A stretch of 64,000 bases of DNA from Alloascoidea hylecoeti (lineage: Eukaryota): positions 124,001 to 188,000 of the forward strand of contig BCKZ01000025.1 of the NCBI GenBank assembly GCA_001600815.1, read 5' to 3'. The stretch's first letter is position 1. Every line of letters begins with the position of its first letter. Below are positions 1 through 10,182 of this stretch, one piece after another. A program made the position numbers and the translations under genes. Under the pieces are notes generated by a model. The model saw nothing but the letters and a program-made list of their open reading frames with translations. It was not told where the DNA came from and searched no databases.

Positions 1-349
1 TGGTGTTGCTTTATCACAACAGTTGGAAAATGATAATCCATTATCTATTATGCAAACATCTAGCAACTTAAAAAAGAGAGCAAAATTAGGCATTAATGAT
101 ATCAGGCGCGATAAAGATGCAGCGAACCCTAGAGAACAACAACCGTATGGTACAAATCAATTATCTAAAGAGGTTTTATCATCTTTGAATGGACTGGATG
201 AATTTTTTGAAGAAGTTTTATCATATATTGAAGTATACTTACTTAAGGATGAAGAGTTAGATATGCCGATTGATGAAATTAGTCCCTCAATTAAAATATT
301 TCTGCAACAGTTAGTATCTTCTGTATTAACAGGAACTATACAAACTTAG
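1..349 (+). CDS. 3' end of an unidentified protein-coding gene, probably continuing from upstream of the window
   Basis: Open frame to TAG at 349; the ORF track start is a TTG, not an ATG; no motif recognised. Confidence 0.45.
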   Translation, partial: GVALSQQLENDNPLSIMQTSSNLKKRAKLGINDIRRDKDAANPREQQPYGTNQLSKEVLSSLNGLDEFFEEVLSYIEVYLLKDEELDMPIDEISPSIKIFLQQLVSSVLTGTIQT

Positions 350-566
350 ATTTTAAAAGTAACTATAATTATGATCATCATATTCTTTTTGCTTTACTTT
401 TATATAAGTGTATATGCTGTATTCTAACTAAAAGTTTTCAATAAATGTAGCGATTATAGAGATCTGTATACGATGTCATCATTTTCAAGTATTTATAATA
501 CTTTTAAATAAAGTAAATACTAGCATCACAATTTTATCCATTCAATAGGAACGTACCTGAACTATT

Positions 567-574
567 TTACCCGG
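567..574 (+). promoter_or_regulatory. Reb1-like site TTACCCGG upstream of ATP14
   Basis: Exact TTACCCGG about 90 bp before the ATG; the same motif recurs at a similar distance from four other starts. Confidence 0.6.
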
Positions 575-659
575 ACACAAAGCCGGTGGATCGGATGTTT
601 AACCAATTGAATAGTCCTCCACTCCCAGTTCTTCGATTTCTTTCAAACTATCAGTCGAA

Positions 660-1297
660 ATGTTACCCCAAGTTTTAAAACAAACAGCCGTAAGTATTTG
701 AAATACATTGTTTACTTTTATATTCCTAAATATCGATATCCTCAGATTTAATTGAGAATTTTTTCGGAGGAAATTTGGTTTTGTAAAAGTTATTGAGATC
801 TCGACGAATCAGAATAGACTTTTTTTCCACCACGGAATTTGATATAACTAGATACTAATTCTTTATTATTATTAATAGCGTACTACTTTGAGAGCTAACA
901 CTAGAGCCTTTTCAGCTGTTTCTTTCCGTTCAAGTATGTTACTTTTTTTTTTCTTCCGTCGACTTTATTTTCTAGTCAATCCATCATCAAATATGTTTTC
1001 TTCAATAACCGACTAACTCGGGTATTATCTTTAGACTTACTCCAAGATGTTTACATTAGGGAATTGAAAAACTACAAGCCTCAACCAATTAGTGCTAATG
1101 ATTCTAAGGGTAATGTTATTCCATGGGCTGTTCCAACTGCTCCTCAACCACCAAAATTAGAAGCTGAAACAACTGAAGATTTGGACGCATACAAAACTTC
1201 AGCCGTTGAAGTTGAAGTTGCTGCTGCCGAAGGTGAAACATCAACCGAAAACCCAGATGACTGGTTTGTATTAGAAGAAATTCACGATTCTCATTAA
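660..1297 (+). CDS. ATP14: Mitochondrial F1Fo ATP synthase subunit h; exons 660-689, 879-933, 1035-1297
   Basis: Spliced product MLPQVLKQTARTTLRANTRAFSAVSFRSNLLQDVYIRELKNYKP...GNVIPW...DDWFVLEE. Basic presequence plus the QDxYxRELK and acidic DWxVL motifs of Atp14. Introns GTAAGT..TAG and GTATGT..GACTAAC..TAG keep the frame. Confidence 0.92.
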
Positions 1298-1593
1298 ATA
1301 ATCAAATAAGCTGGATAAAATTCGTTCTAATGTTTTGTTATATTAGCATAGAGATAATTTACATTGAATGAATAATAAAGTTGAATTAAATTATACTCGA
1401 TATATTAGTAACTTTCAAGTAGTGGGTGACAGTTTATAAAAAAAAAAAAAAAACGTATTGTTATAAGTTCAACCTTTTCCCTTAAACAACAAAAATAGGC
1501 CTCCCGTAATCAAACATATGACATATGATGTTTATACAGACCGGCTAGCATTTATCAATTCCACTTATGATATTCAATAACGTATGTATTGGT

Positions 1594-2523
1594 TTAATCA
1601 TTATTAGCTACCATACTCTGGTAACGAGAAGTAACAGTAGTTTCTAAAGACACATCTTCCAATTGAATAAATCCAGTAATTCTTTCTGAATAAGATGGGC
1701 TGCGATCTTCTTCAATTAACTCTAATGTATTACTCTTTGAAAGATATAACCAGTTCTTTAATCTAAGGACAAAACAAGTTCCATTAGGGTATAATCCGAG
1801 AATTCTAAATCTATCACCTTCTTGGATATCTAATTCATCTTCAGACCTTGCCATTCTATTAGATACAGCAACCACGAGTTTTCCAGGTGCAATTTTCTTG
1901 GTATTATTATAAGGATCAAGAACATAATCTAGCCCACTATATCCAGGGAAACTATCGGTCAGTTTTTTCAAAAGAACGGTATCATAGGCATCGCTATCCG
2001 AATCTGTGATGATATCTTTGGCAATATCAGATTTGTTAGTAGGACTGCTTCGATGAAGGATTAATCTAGATGCAATGGACGAATTGGAAGAAGATTTTTT
2101 GAAAATGCCACGACCAAAAATTTTACTCTTGGTATTATTAGTATCATTGGTATCATTAGGGGTTTTAGCGCTTAAAGTTGTTGAACATTTATTCTCTGGA
2201 CCCCCAGAAGGTGTTTCCAACTCCGTATTTTGGCTCATTGGCAAGATATTGGCCTCTAAATCTCGATTCAGGGTTGGTTCTTGTTGTTCACCTCCAGCAC
2301 TGTCAATGTATAACTTATCCGATTTTGATGGCCTTCTTATAAAAGTCACATCAATTTTGTAGAAGACGATACACCACCAAAGAAAGAAAAAGATCAGGAA
2401 GAAGAAAAAGACCACCAATCCAAGGCAGATGCCAGCAGCTCCACCGGCGCCTAGGTCTCGCTTTTGCAGAGACATGGCAACAACGCTGTCAGTACTGTGG
2501 TGTTGTAAAAGTGTTTCAGCCAT
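1594..2523 (-). CDS. Single-pass membrane protein with a C-terminal SH3-like domain
   Basis: N-terminal hydrophobic helix GICLGLVVFFFFLIFFFLWW; SH3-like segment VVAVSNRMARSEDELDIQEGDRFRILGLYPNG. Confidence 0.75.
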   Translation of the reverse strand: MAETLLQHHSTDSVVAMSLQKRDLGAGGAAGICLGLVVFFFFLIFFFLWWCIVFYKIDVTFIRRPSKSDKLYIDSAGGEQQEPTLNRDLEANILPMSQNTELETPSGGPENKCSTTLSAKTPNDTNDTNNTKSKIFGRGIFKKSSSNSSIASRLILHRSSPTNKSDIAKDIITDSDSDAYDTVLLKKLTDSFPGYSGLDYVLDPYNNTKKIAPGKLVVAVSNRMARSEDELDIQEGDRFRILGLYPNGTCFVLRLKNWLYLSKSNTLELIEEDRSPSYSERITGFIQLEDVSLETTVTSRYQSMVANND

Positions 2524-2726
2524 CTCCGGGTATCTTCGAACGACAGGAGAAAGAGGTTGTTGGAGAGACCAATATTAGTTCCGAGATGTACGCGCTCGGC
2601 CCCACAAGTTCCTCTGTATCTCGAACTCTAAAAGCCAACTTTCTTCCGTTTATAATTAATACATCTGTCGACAATCAAAATAACTAAACTCTTTATATCA
2701 ACATCAAATAACAATAACATATAGAA

Positions 2727-3273
2727 ATGAGCTCGTACTTCCCTCAGTTCACCCAGCAGACGCTGATAAGATCAAGCACCTCGAGTGTTGACAGCAATGG
2801 TCAGCCTTTCCCCGGTCTAAGGTATACGTCTCATCGGTCAAGATATTATGCAAGTAAGGGTTTTGAGGATGACCTTGAGTTCTGTCCTGAGATCGAACCC
2901 TCAAGTGTAAGTGTCTTTTTATTCGTTGCTGTTTTTATCGTCAATTCTAACCCCGAGCTCTTATCAGCCATCCGCATATAAACCTGCACTTGGTAATAAC
3001 CCATATGCCGCCTTGAACAACTATCAAGATTTCTCCCAATCACCGTTAAACTCTCCAACCCGATTGAGCAACTCTCCGAATTCATCGTCATCTTACTCTT
3101 ATTATTCCTCGTATTCTTCTTATCAACCTACTGAGCATTCGCCCACTAGCAGACCTTCCACCCCTAGAAGAGGAGTGGCTACATCCTACGTTGCTAAGAG
3201 GGTTAAACGTCCAATCGAGATAGTTGATCCCCACACTGGTCTTAGGGTTGGGTCTCCTTCACCTCGCAAGTGA
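2727..3273 (+). CDS. Small Ser/Pro-rich uncharacterised protein; exons 2727-2906, 2968-3273
   Basis: Intron GTAAGT(2907)..TTCTAAC..CAG(2967) joins two ORFs in frame. Contains FEDDLEFCP and a C-terminal PIEIVDPHTG motif. Confidence 0.75.
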
Positions 3274-4477
3274 TAAGGGTGCTTAAATGGTAACGGTAAT
3301 GTGGTCGGATAGGGTAAGGTGGTACCCTGTAAATTATTGACACTGTTTATAAATATAAACTCATTCATACCCTTTTTGTTGGGTTACTCATTCATTTATT
3401 TTTCATTTTTTTCTTCATTTATTTTAAATAATTATTTCTTTTCATTTTGAATCTCAATTTGATTTTCATTTTTGGAGTTCATTTTGGATATTTCAATATT
3501 TAGTTTGTTGATACATAGAGTGGGTGGTTAGTTAGGGATTATTAGGATTTTTGGCACTTATGTAACTTTATATATTATAATATAATGATTATCATGATTG
3601 ATATAATATAATTATACAGTTGGTGCCCCATGATTCGGTCTTAGTCGGCAAACCTTTAAAACGTCGGCCAGATTCGCATCTGGCCTGATCACAAAATCTC
3701 TTACATGTATGTAATATTGCTTCTGTGTTTATAAATTTCTTTTTATATGAAAAGCTCTTACAATATTAATTTGTGATGTAGCGCTTAATTCAGCATTTCT
3801 TCTTTTGCTTTTATTTTCTTTTGACCGGATATATTCATACGAGCTTCACTCTTATTAAGTGAATCCAAATCTAGTACTTCACATAAAATTTGGTATCAAT
3901 AGCAATTTATGAGTAACAAAGAAAGAATAGCCAAAAGAACTAAAAAAGAGTTACAAGATGAACCGAACCCCTCTGGATACAATTGAAGAAAATCAGGATG
4001 AGGATTTACAATCTCAATTCCAAAAAAAAAAGCAAGCCCACAAGTGTGAAAAGGTTAGTGAAAATCAGAGAGAGATAAAACCCTCCAACTGACCAATCAC
4101 AGCCACAGGCTAATATATAAATTACCGTAATGGACCTAATTTCTTGAGAACTGCTTCTATATTTATGATTATAAATTTAATGTTTTTCGTATAATTAAGC
4201 TTATAGTAGAAACGTGACTAATCATTATGGAAATTACGTGATGAGCTTGTGTTAGCACCTCATTTGATACTTCTTCATTGGGAAGTTGTTTAAAAACGTT
4301 ATAGTTAACAGGATCAGATAAATGGTCTTAACCGGCGATTAGCGGGCACAGATTGCGAATCCTTATAGAAAATCACTCAAATTTTAAGCCCATTTAAAAT
4401 TAAAACTATATAAAGATGAGCATTTGCAAATAATATTTTCTTTATATCATATCAATATTATAATTATTTGTTTTATC

Positions 4478-5671
4478 ATGGCTCCTTCAATACAAGTACA
4501 AGTACCAGATGGTACAAATTCCAACCATACTTTGATTATTGATCCTTTGAAGAAACTCAAGCTTGGTACCAATGCTTCTTGGATAGAAAAGCTTCCAGCC
4601 ACAACCAGAGCAAGATTTGATAAATACAATATTGATTTATCTCAAGGTTATCCAGTTAGAAAGGACAAGGTCCCAATATTTCTTGATGAGGCTTTAGAGA
4701 TTCGTAATGAACCATTCGAATATGAAGATAGAGGGAAAAATGCCGATCCTGAAAAGAAAGCCTTATTTGGAGCCGCAGAAAAAATTGTTCATTTAACTAA
4801 ATACATTGGTACAGAAATTGTTGGTCTTCAATTAGCAGATTTAACAAATCAACAATTGAATGAATTAGCTTTATTAATTGGTGAAAGAAGTGTCGTCTTC
4901 TTTAGAGATCAAGATTTGTCCCCACAGAAACAAGTTGAAATTGGAAGATACTTTGGAAAACCTGAAGAACATGCACAAGTCCCTTTTGTTCCTGGTCTCC
5001 CTGGAACTACTGTTATCTGGCCAGATTATGCTATTCATGAAGGTTATAAAGCCTCTTTCCACGTCAATGCACCAACTGCTGGATGGCACACTGATTTAGT
5101 TCATGAAACAAACCCAGCCGGTATTACACATCTTCACAACGATGCCATTCCTGACGTTGGAGGTGATACTAGTTGGGCATCTGGCTACGGTGCTTATGAC
5201 AAACTCTCGCCTGCTTTCCAAAAGTTCTTGGAAGGTAAGAAAGCAGTATATGTATCTGCTCATCAATATATTGATAGAGCTAACCCATTAGCAGGACCTA
5301 AAAGAGTTGAAAGAGAACATTTAATTATTAGAACGCATCCTGCAACAGGATGGAAATCATTATACGTTAATAGAGCAATGACTAAGAATATTGTTGGTTT
5401 AGAACCAGGTGAATCAAAAGCAGTTCTTGATTATTTATTTAACGTATTTGAAAAGAATTTAGAAATTCAAGTACGATTCAATTGGAAGCCAACCAAAGCA
5501 GGTCTTGGAACCTCGGCATTATGGGATAATAGAATTTCTCAACATTATGCTATTTGGGATTATGAAGGAACAGAACCAAGACATGGAACTAGAGTTACAT
5601 CTTTGGCCGAGGTTCCATTCTTTGACCCTAATTCCAAAAGTCAGAGAGAAGCACTAGGGCTGCCATTGTAG
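4478..5671 (+). CDS. JLP1: Fe(II)/2-oxoglutarate-dependent sulfonate dioxygenase (TauD/JLP1 family), copy 1
   Basis: IGTEIVGLQL, VVFFRDQDL, WHTD (HxD), GGDT and ALWDNRISQH motifs; ATG at 4478 follows a TATATAAA. Confidence 0.92.
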   Translation: MAPSIQVQVPDGTNSNHTLIIDPLKKLKLGTNASWIEKLPATTRARFDKYNIDLSQGYPVRKDKVPIFLDEALEIRNEPFEYEDRGKNADPEKKALFGAAEKIVHLTKYIGTEIVGLQLADLTNQQLNELALLIGERSVVFFRDQDLSPQKQVEIGRYFGKPEEHAQVPFVPGLPGTTVIWPDYAIHEGYKASFHVNAPTAGWHTDLVHETNPAGITHLHNDAIPDVGGDTSWASGYGAYDKLSPAFQKFLEGKKAVYVSAHQYIDRANPLAGPKRVEREHLIIRTHPATGWKSLYVNRAMTKNIVGLEPGESKAVLDYLFNVFEKNLEIQVRFNWKPTKAGLGTSALWDNRISQHYAIWDYEGTEPRHGTRVTSLAEVPFFDPNSKSQREALGLPL

Positions 5672-6020
5672 GTAGTGAATTATAGTTATGCTAATCAATG
5701 TAACAAGAAACGTATAATAAATAATTACGGAGAAAGCTGGCGTTAAACGGGATTAACACTTCCCCAGTTTTTCAATGCTAATTGCGCAATACTTGCCTCT
5801 TTTTCATCATTTTTCATCATCATAATTAGTCATCTTTTCCAAATATTTTGACTTGTTAGCAATAATGTAACGCAAAGTAGATAAAACCGCCCGGAGTTTG
5901 TACTCGTGGTCTCATTACTAATATAGCTGTTTATGGATCATTTATATAAATGGTCTTGCTCCTTTGTATTTTTCAATCTCTGACTTTTATATTGCTAAAT
6001 CAAAATCTCTTATTCTCAAA

Positions 6021-7244
6021 ATGGCCCCTACTGCTACAAGTGTGATTAATGCTATCAGACAATCCAACACTGGTGTTGAACAGGTTATAACGAAAACCAA
6101 AGAAGGTTTTGTTATTGCTCCAAATAAATCTAAACTTGGTTCTGGTGCTTCCTGGATTGAAAACTTACCCCCTACTTCTCGTGCAAGATTGGAAAAATAT
6201 AATGTTGATCTTTCAAAGGGTTATCCTCTTAGAAAAACAAACATTCCTGTTTATCTTGATGATGCTAAAGCTATTCGTGATGATCCCGTAGAATATATCG
6301 AAAGAGGCAAAAATGCTGATCCAGAAAAGAAAGCTTTATTAAGTGCCGCTAAAGAAGTTAAAAATCTTACAAAACATATAGGTACAGAAATTATTGGTCT
6401 TCAATTAGCTGATTTAACACATCAACAACTTGATGAGCTTGCTTTATTAATTGCTGAACGTGTTGTTGTGTTTTTCCGTGATCAAGATTTATCCCCTCAA
6501 AAACAATTAGAAATTGGTAAATATTATGGTCAAGTTGAAGATCATGCTCAAGTTCCTTTTGTTCCCGGTTTAAATGGTATAACTGTTATTTGGGGTGATA
6601 ACGCCATTAGAGAAGGTCTTAAAGCTTCTTTTAAAAACGGTGGACCAAATTCTAGATGGCACACAGATTTAGTTCATGAAACAAATCCAGCCGGTATTAC
6701 ACATCTTCATAATGATGCTATTCCTGCTGTTGGAGGTGATACCGTGTGGTCTTCAGGTTATGCTGCATATGACAAACTTTCTCCCGCTTTCCAAAAATTC
6801 CTAGAGGGTAAAAAAGGTGTCTTCATTTCAGCTCATCAATATCTTGATAGAAATGACCCACTTTCAGGTAAAAAGAGAATAGAAAGAGAACATTTAATTG
6901 TTAGAACACACCCTGCTACTGGTTGGAAATCTTTATTTGTTAATAGATCAATGACAAAAAGTATTGTTGGTTTAGAACCTGAAGAATCAAGAATTGTTTT
7001 GGAATATTTATTTGATATTTATGAAAGGAGTTTAGAACATCAAGTTAGATTTAGTTGGCAACCAACAAAACCAGGTCTTGGTACTTCTGCTTTATGGGAT
7101 AATAGAGTTTCTCAACATCGTGTTGTTTGGGATCATGAAGGAAAAGATGCTAGACATGGAACAAGAGTAACATCTTTGGCTGAAGTTCCATTCTTCGACC
7201 AAAGTTCTAAAAGTCAAAGAGAAGCATTGGGGCTTCCTTTATAG
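6021..7244 (+). CDS. JLP1: Fe(II)/2-oxoglutarate-dependent sulfonate dioxygenase (TauD/JLP1 family), copy 2
   Basis: Same motifs (WHTDLVHETNPAGITHLH, WDNRVSQH); tandem paralog of 4478-5671; ATG at 6021. Confidence 0.92.
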   Translation: MAPTATSVINAIRQSNTGVEQVITKTKEGFVIAPNKSKLGSGASWIENLPPTSRARLEKYNVDLSKGYPLRKTNIPVYLDDAKAIRDDPVEYIERGKNADPEKKALLSAAKEVKNLTKHIGTEIIGLQLADLTHQQLDELALLIAERVVVFFRDQDLSPQKQLEIGKYYGQVEDHAQVPFVPGLNGITVIWGDNAIREGLKASFKNGGPNSRWHTDLVHETNPAGITHLHNDAIPAVGGDTVWSSGYAAYDKLSPAFQKFLEGKKGVFISAHQYLDRNDPLSGKKRIEREHLIVRTHPATGWKSLFVNRSMTKSIVGLEPEESRIVLEYLFDIYERSLEHQVRFSWQPTKPGLGTSALWDNRVSQHRVVWDHEGKDARHGTRVTSLAEVPFFDQSSKSQREALGLPL

Positions 7245-7927
7245 ATAATATTCGGTTTTTCAAATTATAAATATGTAGTTTTGTTTGATGTTGTTCGTGT
7301 TTGAGGGAAAGACTAGTATAAGATTAGATTTTTCAGGTGGTATATATAAAATTAAATAAAATAAAATAAAGGTTATATAAATTTAAAAGTTAACAAGTAA
7401 TAAGATTAAACGCAATTTATTATAATAAAAATAGCAGACCTACGCGGTACGTATTAATCGAAAAAATGATTTCTTTAAGATTGTTGGTTTGTAAATTTAA
7501 AAATAAAATCCTGTGACAATAATTAGCTGTTGCAGAAAGAATCGTTGCATTCTTGGGACAAATTTTATACCCACGCAAATTAAAGAATGGTGAACATTAT
7601 AGATAAGTTGGGATTCATCCACAAACAGCTGAAATATCTGGCTATATTTCCTGGTATCACCGTTATTTGAAATAATATACAAGATAATCAAAGAAGCTTC
7701 AATCATCCTTTATAATTAGAAAGATTGTATATACTTAAGATTAAGAGAATAACTATGTTTAGCTCCTCTGATAATGTCATATTTCTTATTTCTATTTCCT
7801 CGGGCACTTGAGGCGCAATATTACTATAAGTTTGTTCTTCAATATATATCGTGCTAAGCTTAAGTTCTTGACCATTATACGTACTTGACACGGATATCTT
7901 AATTTGTAAAATTAAATCTATAATATG

Positions 7928-9454
7928 CTATGCTATTGATGTCATATATTGCTCTGTTGTGCGTATTTGCCTTAAATTTTGTTTAAGGTTCTCCGTTCTA
8001 GCAATATGCGGCGTTATAATCCAAACCACTATCATTATAGATAATGAAATACAAACAACCGGCCCCAAGACGACTAATGACCCAAACAAGTGGGTAATAA
8101 ATCCAATAATTGCTGGACATACAGCCGCTCCACCTCCTCCAAAAGCCGCTGCGAAACCAACACCTGCCAAGTATAAATGTGCAGGAAGTAATTGTCTTGC
8201 AAAAATAATAGCAGTTGGGAATAAAGGTCCCAAAAAGATACCAGTGATCATTAATGTAGCACCGGAAAATATCATTGAATCTCCAGGTACGAATGAAAAT
8301 AATACAAAGAAAAAAAATGAAATAACGGCATAAATAGTTGCAATGCGATGCTCGTTTCCTGAAAATTTACCAGTAACAAATCCTAATACAAGTCTACCAA
8401 TAGTAATTCCAGACCAAAAAAATGTAGTAATTATAGTCATTTTATTTTCTGCTCCATGTTTAATTCTTATCATATAAGAAACTGCCCATCCACCGATTCC
8501 AACTTCAGTTCCACAGTATAAAAATAAATAAAGAGCAATAAACCATATTACTTTATGTGATAATGCTATCTTCATTATGCTAACATTTGCCTCACCAAGA
8601 CCTTGATTATTAGGCTGATGAGCTTCAACTTCCTCGAGATATTTTTCACCTGTTTCATTTCTGAAACTAATTAAAACAAGAACAATAGTGAATAATGAAA
8701 AGGCAGCTAATATACCAAATGTCCATGACCAATCTAGTTTATTAGTTAATAATATCGTCACAATCATTGGCGTCATCAAACTGCCTAGTCCATAGCAGGC
8801 ATGTAATATACCCATTATTTCATTATTATTGTTCAACTTTGATATATAAGCATTCCAACAAGCATCCACACAACCTTTTCCTAAACCCGCAAAAATATAA
8901 GCAAATAAAAGAACATGAAAAGAAGGTTTAGTGAAAGCTATGAGAAAGTAAAAGGTCTCAGCTATTGTTCCAATAAGACTGACACCAAAGATACCATAGT
9001 TTCTATGCAAATAATCATTAAATCCAGCTGAAATCAAGTAACCAGAGGATTGAATGAAAAATAATAATGATGCTTCAAAATCAGATATTTTATAATGAGA
9101 TTGAAAAGAAGGAAGCAGAGATCCAATTGTTTGATCAGACAAACCTGCAACGATGAAACCGTAAAAGGTCGTAAAAATTTGAAGTAATAATATTTTATCA
9201 TCACGCCAAGAGTATGGTTTACAATTGATATGACCGTCTTGCAAATCTATGGGATTAACTCTAAGCTGTTGATTAGAACCATATGAGGTTAATGTTCCTG
9301 ATGAGAGTAATAAAGGTGTTGAGATTGCAGGAACAGCTGCAGAAGTTGGATAAATCGAATTTGAATCTGGAAGTAGGACTTCCTCTTCTTCGGATAATTG
9401 AAATCCCATGTACTGATGAGAAATAAAATGGGGGGAATTTGAATATTTATACAC
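7928..9454 (-). CDS. Major facilitator superfamily transporter (Bsc6-like)
   Basis: About 12 hydrophobic segments; GLSDQTIGSLLP, MGILHACYGLG, YCGTEVGIGGW and GPLFP motifs. True start may be the downstream Met (MGFQL). Confidence 0.85.
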   Translation of the reverse strand: MYKYSNSPHFISHQYMGFQLSEEEEVLLPDSNSIYPTSAAVPAISTPLLLSSGTLTSYGSNQQLRVNPIDLQDGHINCKPYSWRDDKILLLQIFTTFYGFIVAGLSDQTIGSLLPSFQSHYKISDFEASLLFFIQSSGYLISAGFNDYLHRNYGIFGVSLIGTIAETFYFLIAFTKPSFHVLLFAYIFAGLGKGCVDACWNAYISKLNNNNEIMGILHACYGLGSLMTPMIVTILLTNKLDWSWTFGILAAFSLFTIVLVLISFRNETGEKYLEEVEAHQPNNQGLGEANVSIMKIALSHKVIWFIALYLFLYCGTEVGIGGWAVSYMIRIKHGAENKMTIITTFFWSGITIGRLVLGFVTGKFSGNEHRIATIYAVISFFFFVLFSFVPGDSMIFSGATLMITGIFLGPLFPTAIIFARQLLPAHLYLAGVGFAAAFGGGGAAVCPAIIGFITHLFGSLVVLGPVVCISLSIMIVVWIITPHIARTENLKQNLRQIRTTEQYMTSIA

Positions 9455-10182
9455 ATAATATAATGTTTAACTATCTTTTGTTCACAATTACAAGATCTTA
9501 AGATTAGGCGTTCATGACGTATAGGCACGGCTGAGGCTTATACCGCCGGCTGCAGTTGCGAAAGTTTCAGTTGTGAGGTTTTTTTCCTAATCGCAATCCA
9601 GGATTTACCTTAGTTAAAATTGAGGTATTTTTTTCATAATCATTTTTAAAGGAAATGTAAATAACTGCACAATTAGGTTTTTTATATTTGCCTGATTTTT
9701 CTCATAGTAAATATTAACTGTTTTGTTTTATAATTAGCCTTATAGCTGAACTTTTAATTTATTTGAGGTGATGATAAGGATAGTGTTTCGGGTTTTAATT
9801 ACAATGGCATGATCAATAGTTCTTTTCTTATTAGCTACACGATTAGAACTAGTTTTGGGTTGATTTTACTTTCAAATTTTCCGGCCCCAAAATACTTTAC
9901 TATATGAAATATCCTTAAGGTCAAATTTAAACCGGTCATTTATTTTGACATGTGTTTTATTATTATAATTATAATAATATCATTATTAATTCTGCTATGT
10001 AAAGATATGAACACTCAAAGTATAACACTAGCTGCAATATAAGTTATTTTTTTTATCATAAATTTATTCCCTGAAAACTCTCAAATGATGCAAATAAAAA
10101 AAAGACAAAGAAAGGGCTTAAAAAATGCTATATGAGATAAAAATGACTATAAATGTAAAACGTCTATATTGATATTGATGAT

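Noticed and set aside
3666..3685. GGCCAGAT-TCGC-ATCTGGCC 8-bp hairpin as a possible Helitron 3' end
   Set aside because: No CTRR terminus follows and no other copy was seen.
4424..6020. Extended N-termini of the JLP1 ORFs given by the ORF track
   Set aside because: They start at TTG codons within AT-rich leader sequence just after TATA boxes; ATG 4478 and 6021 are preferred.
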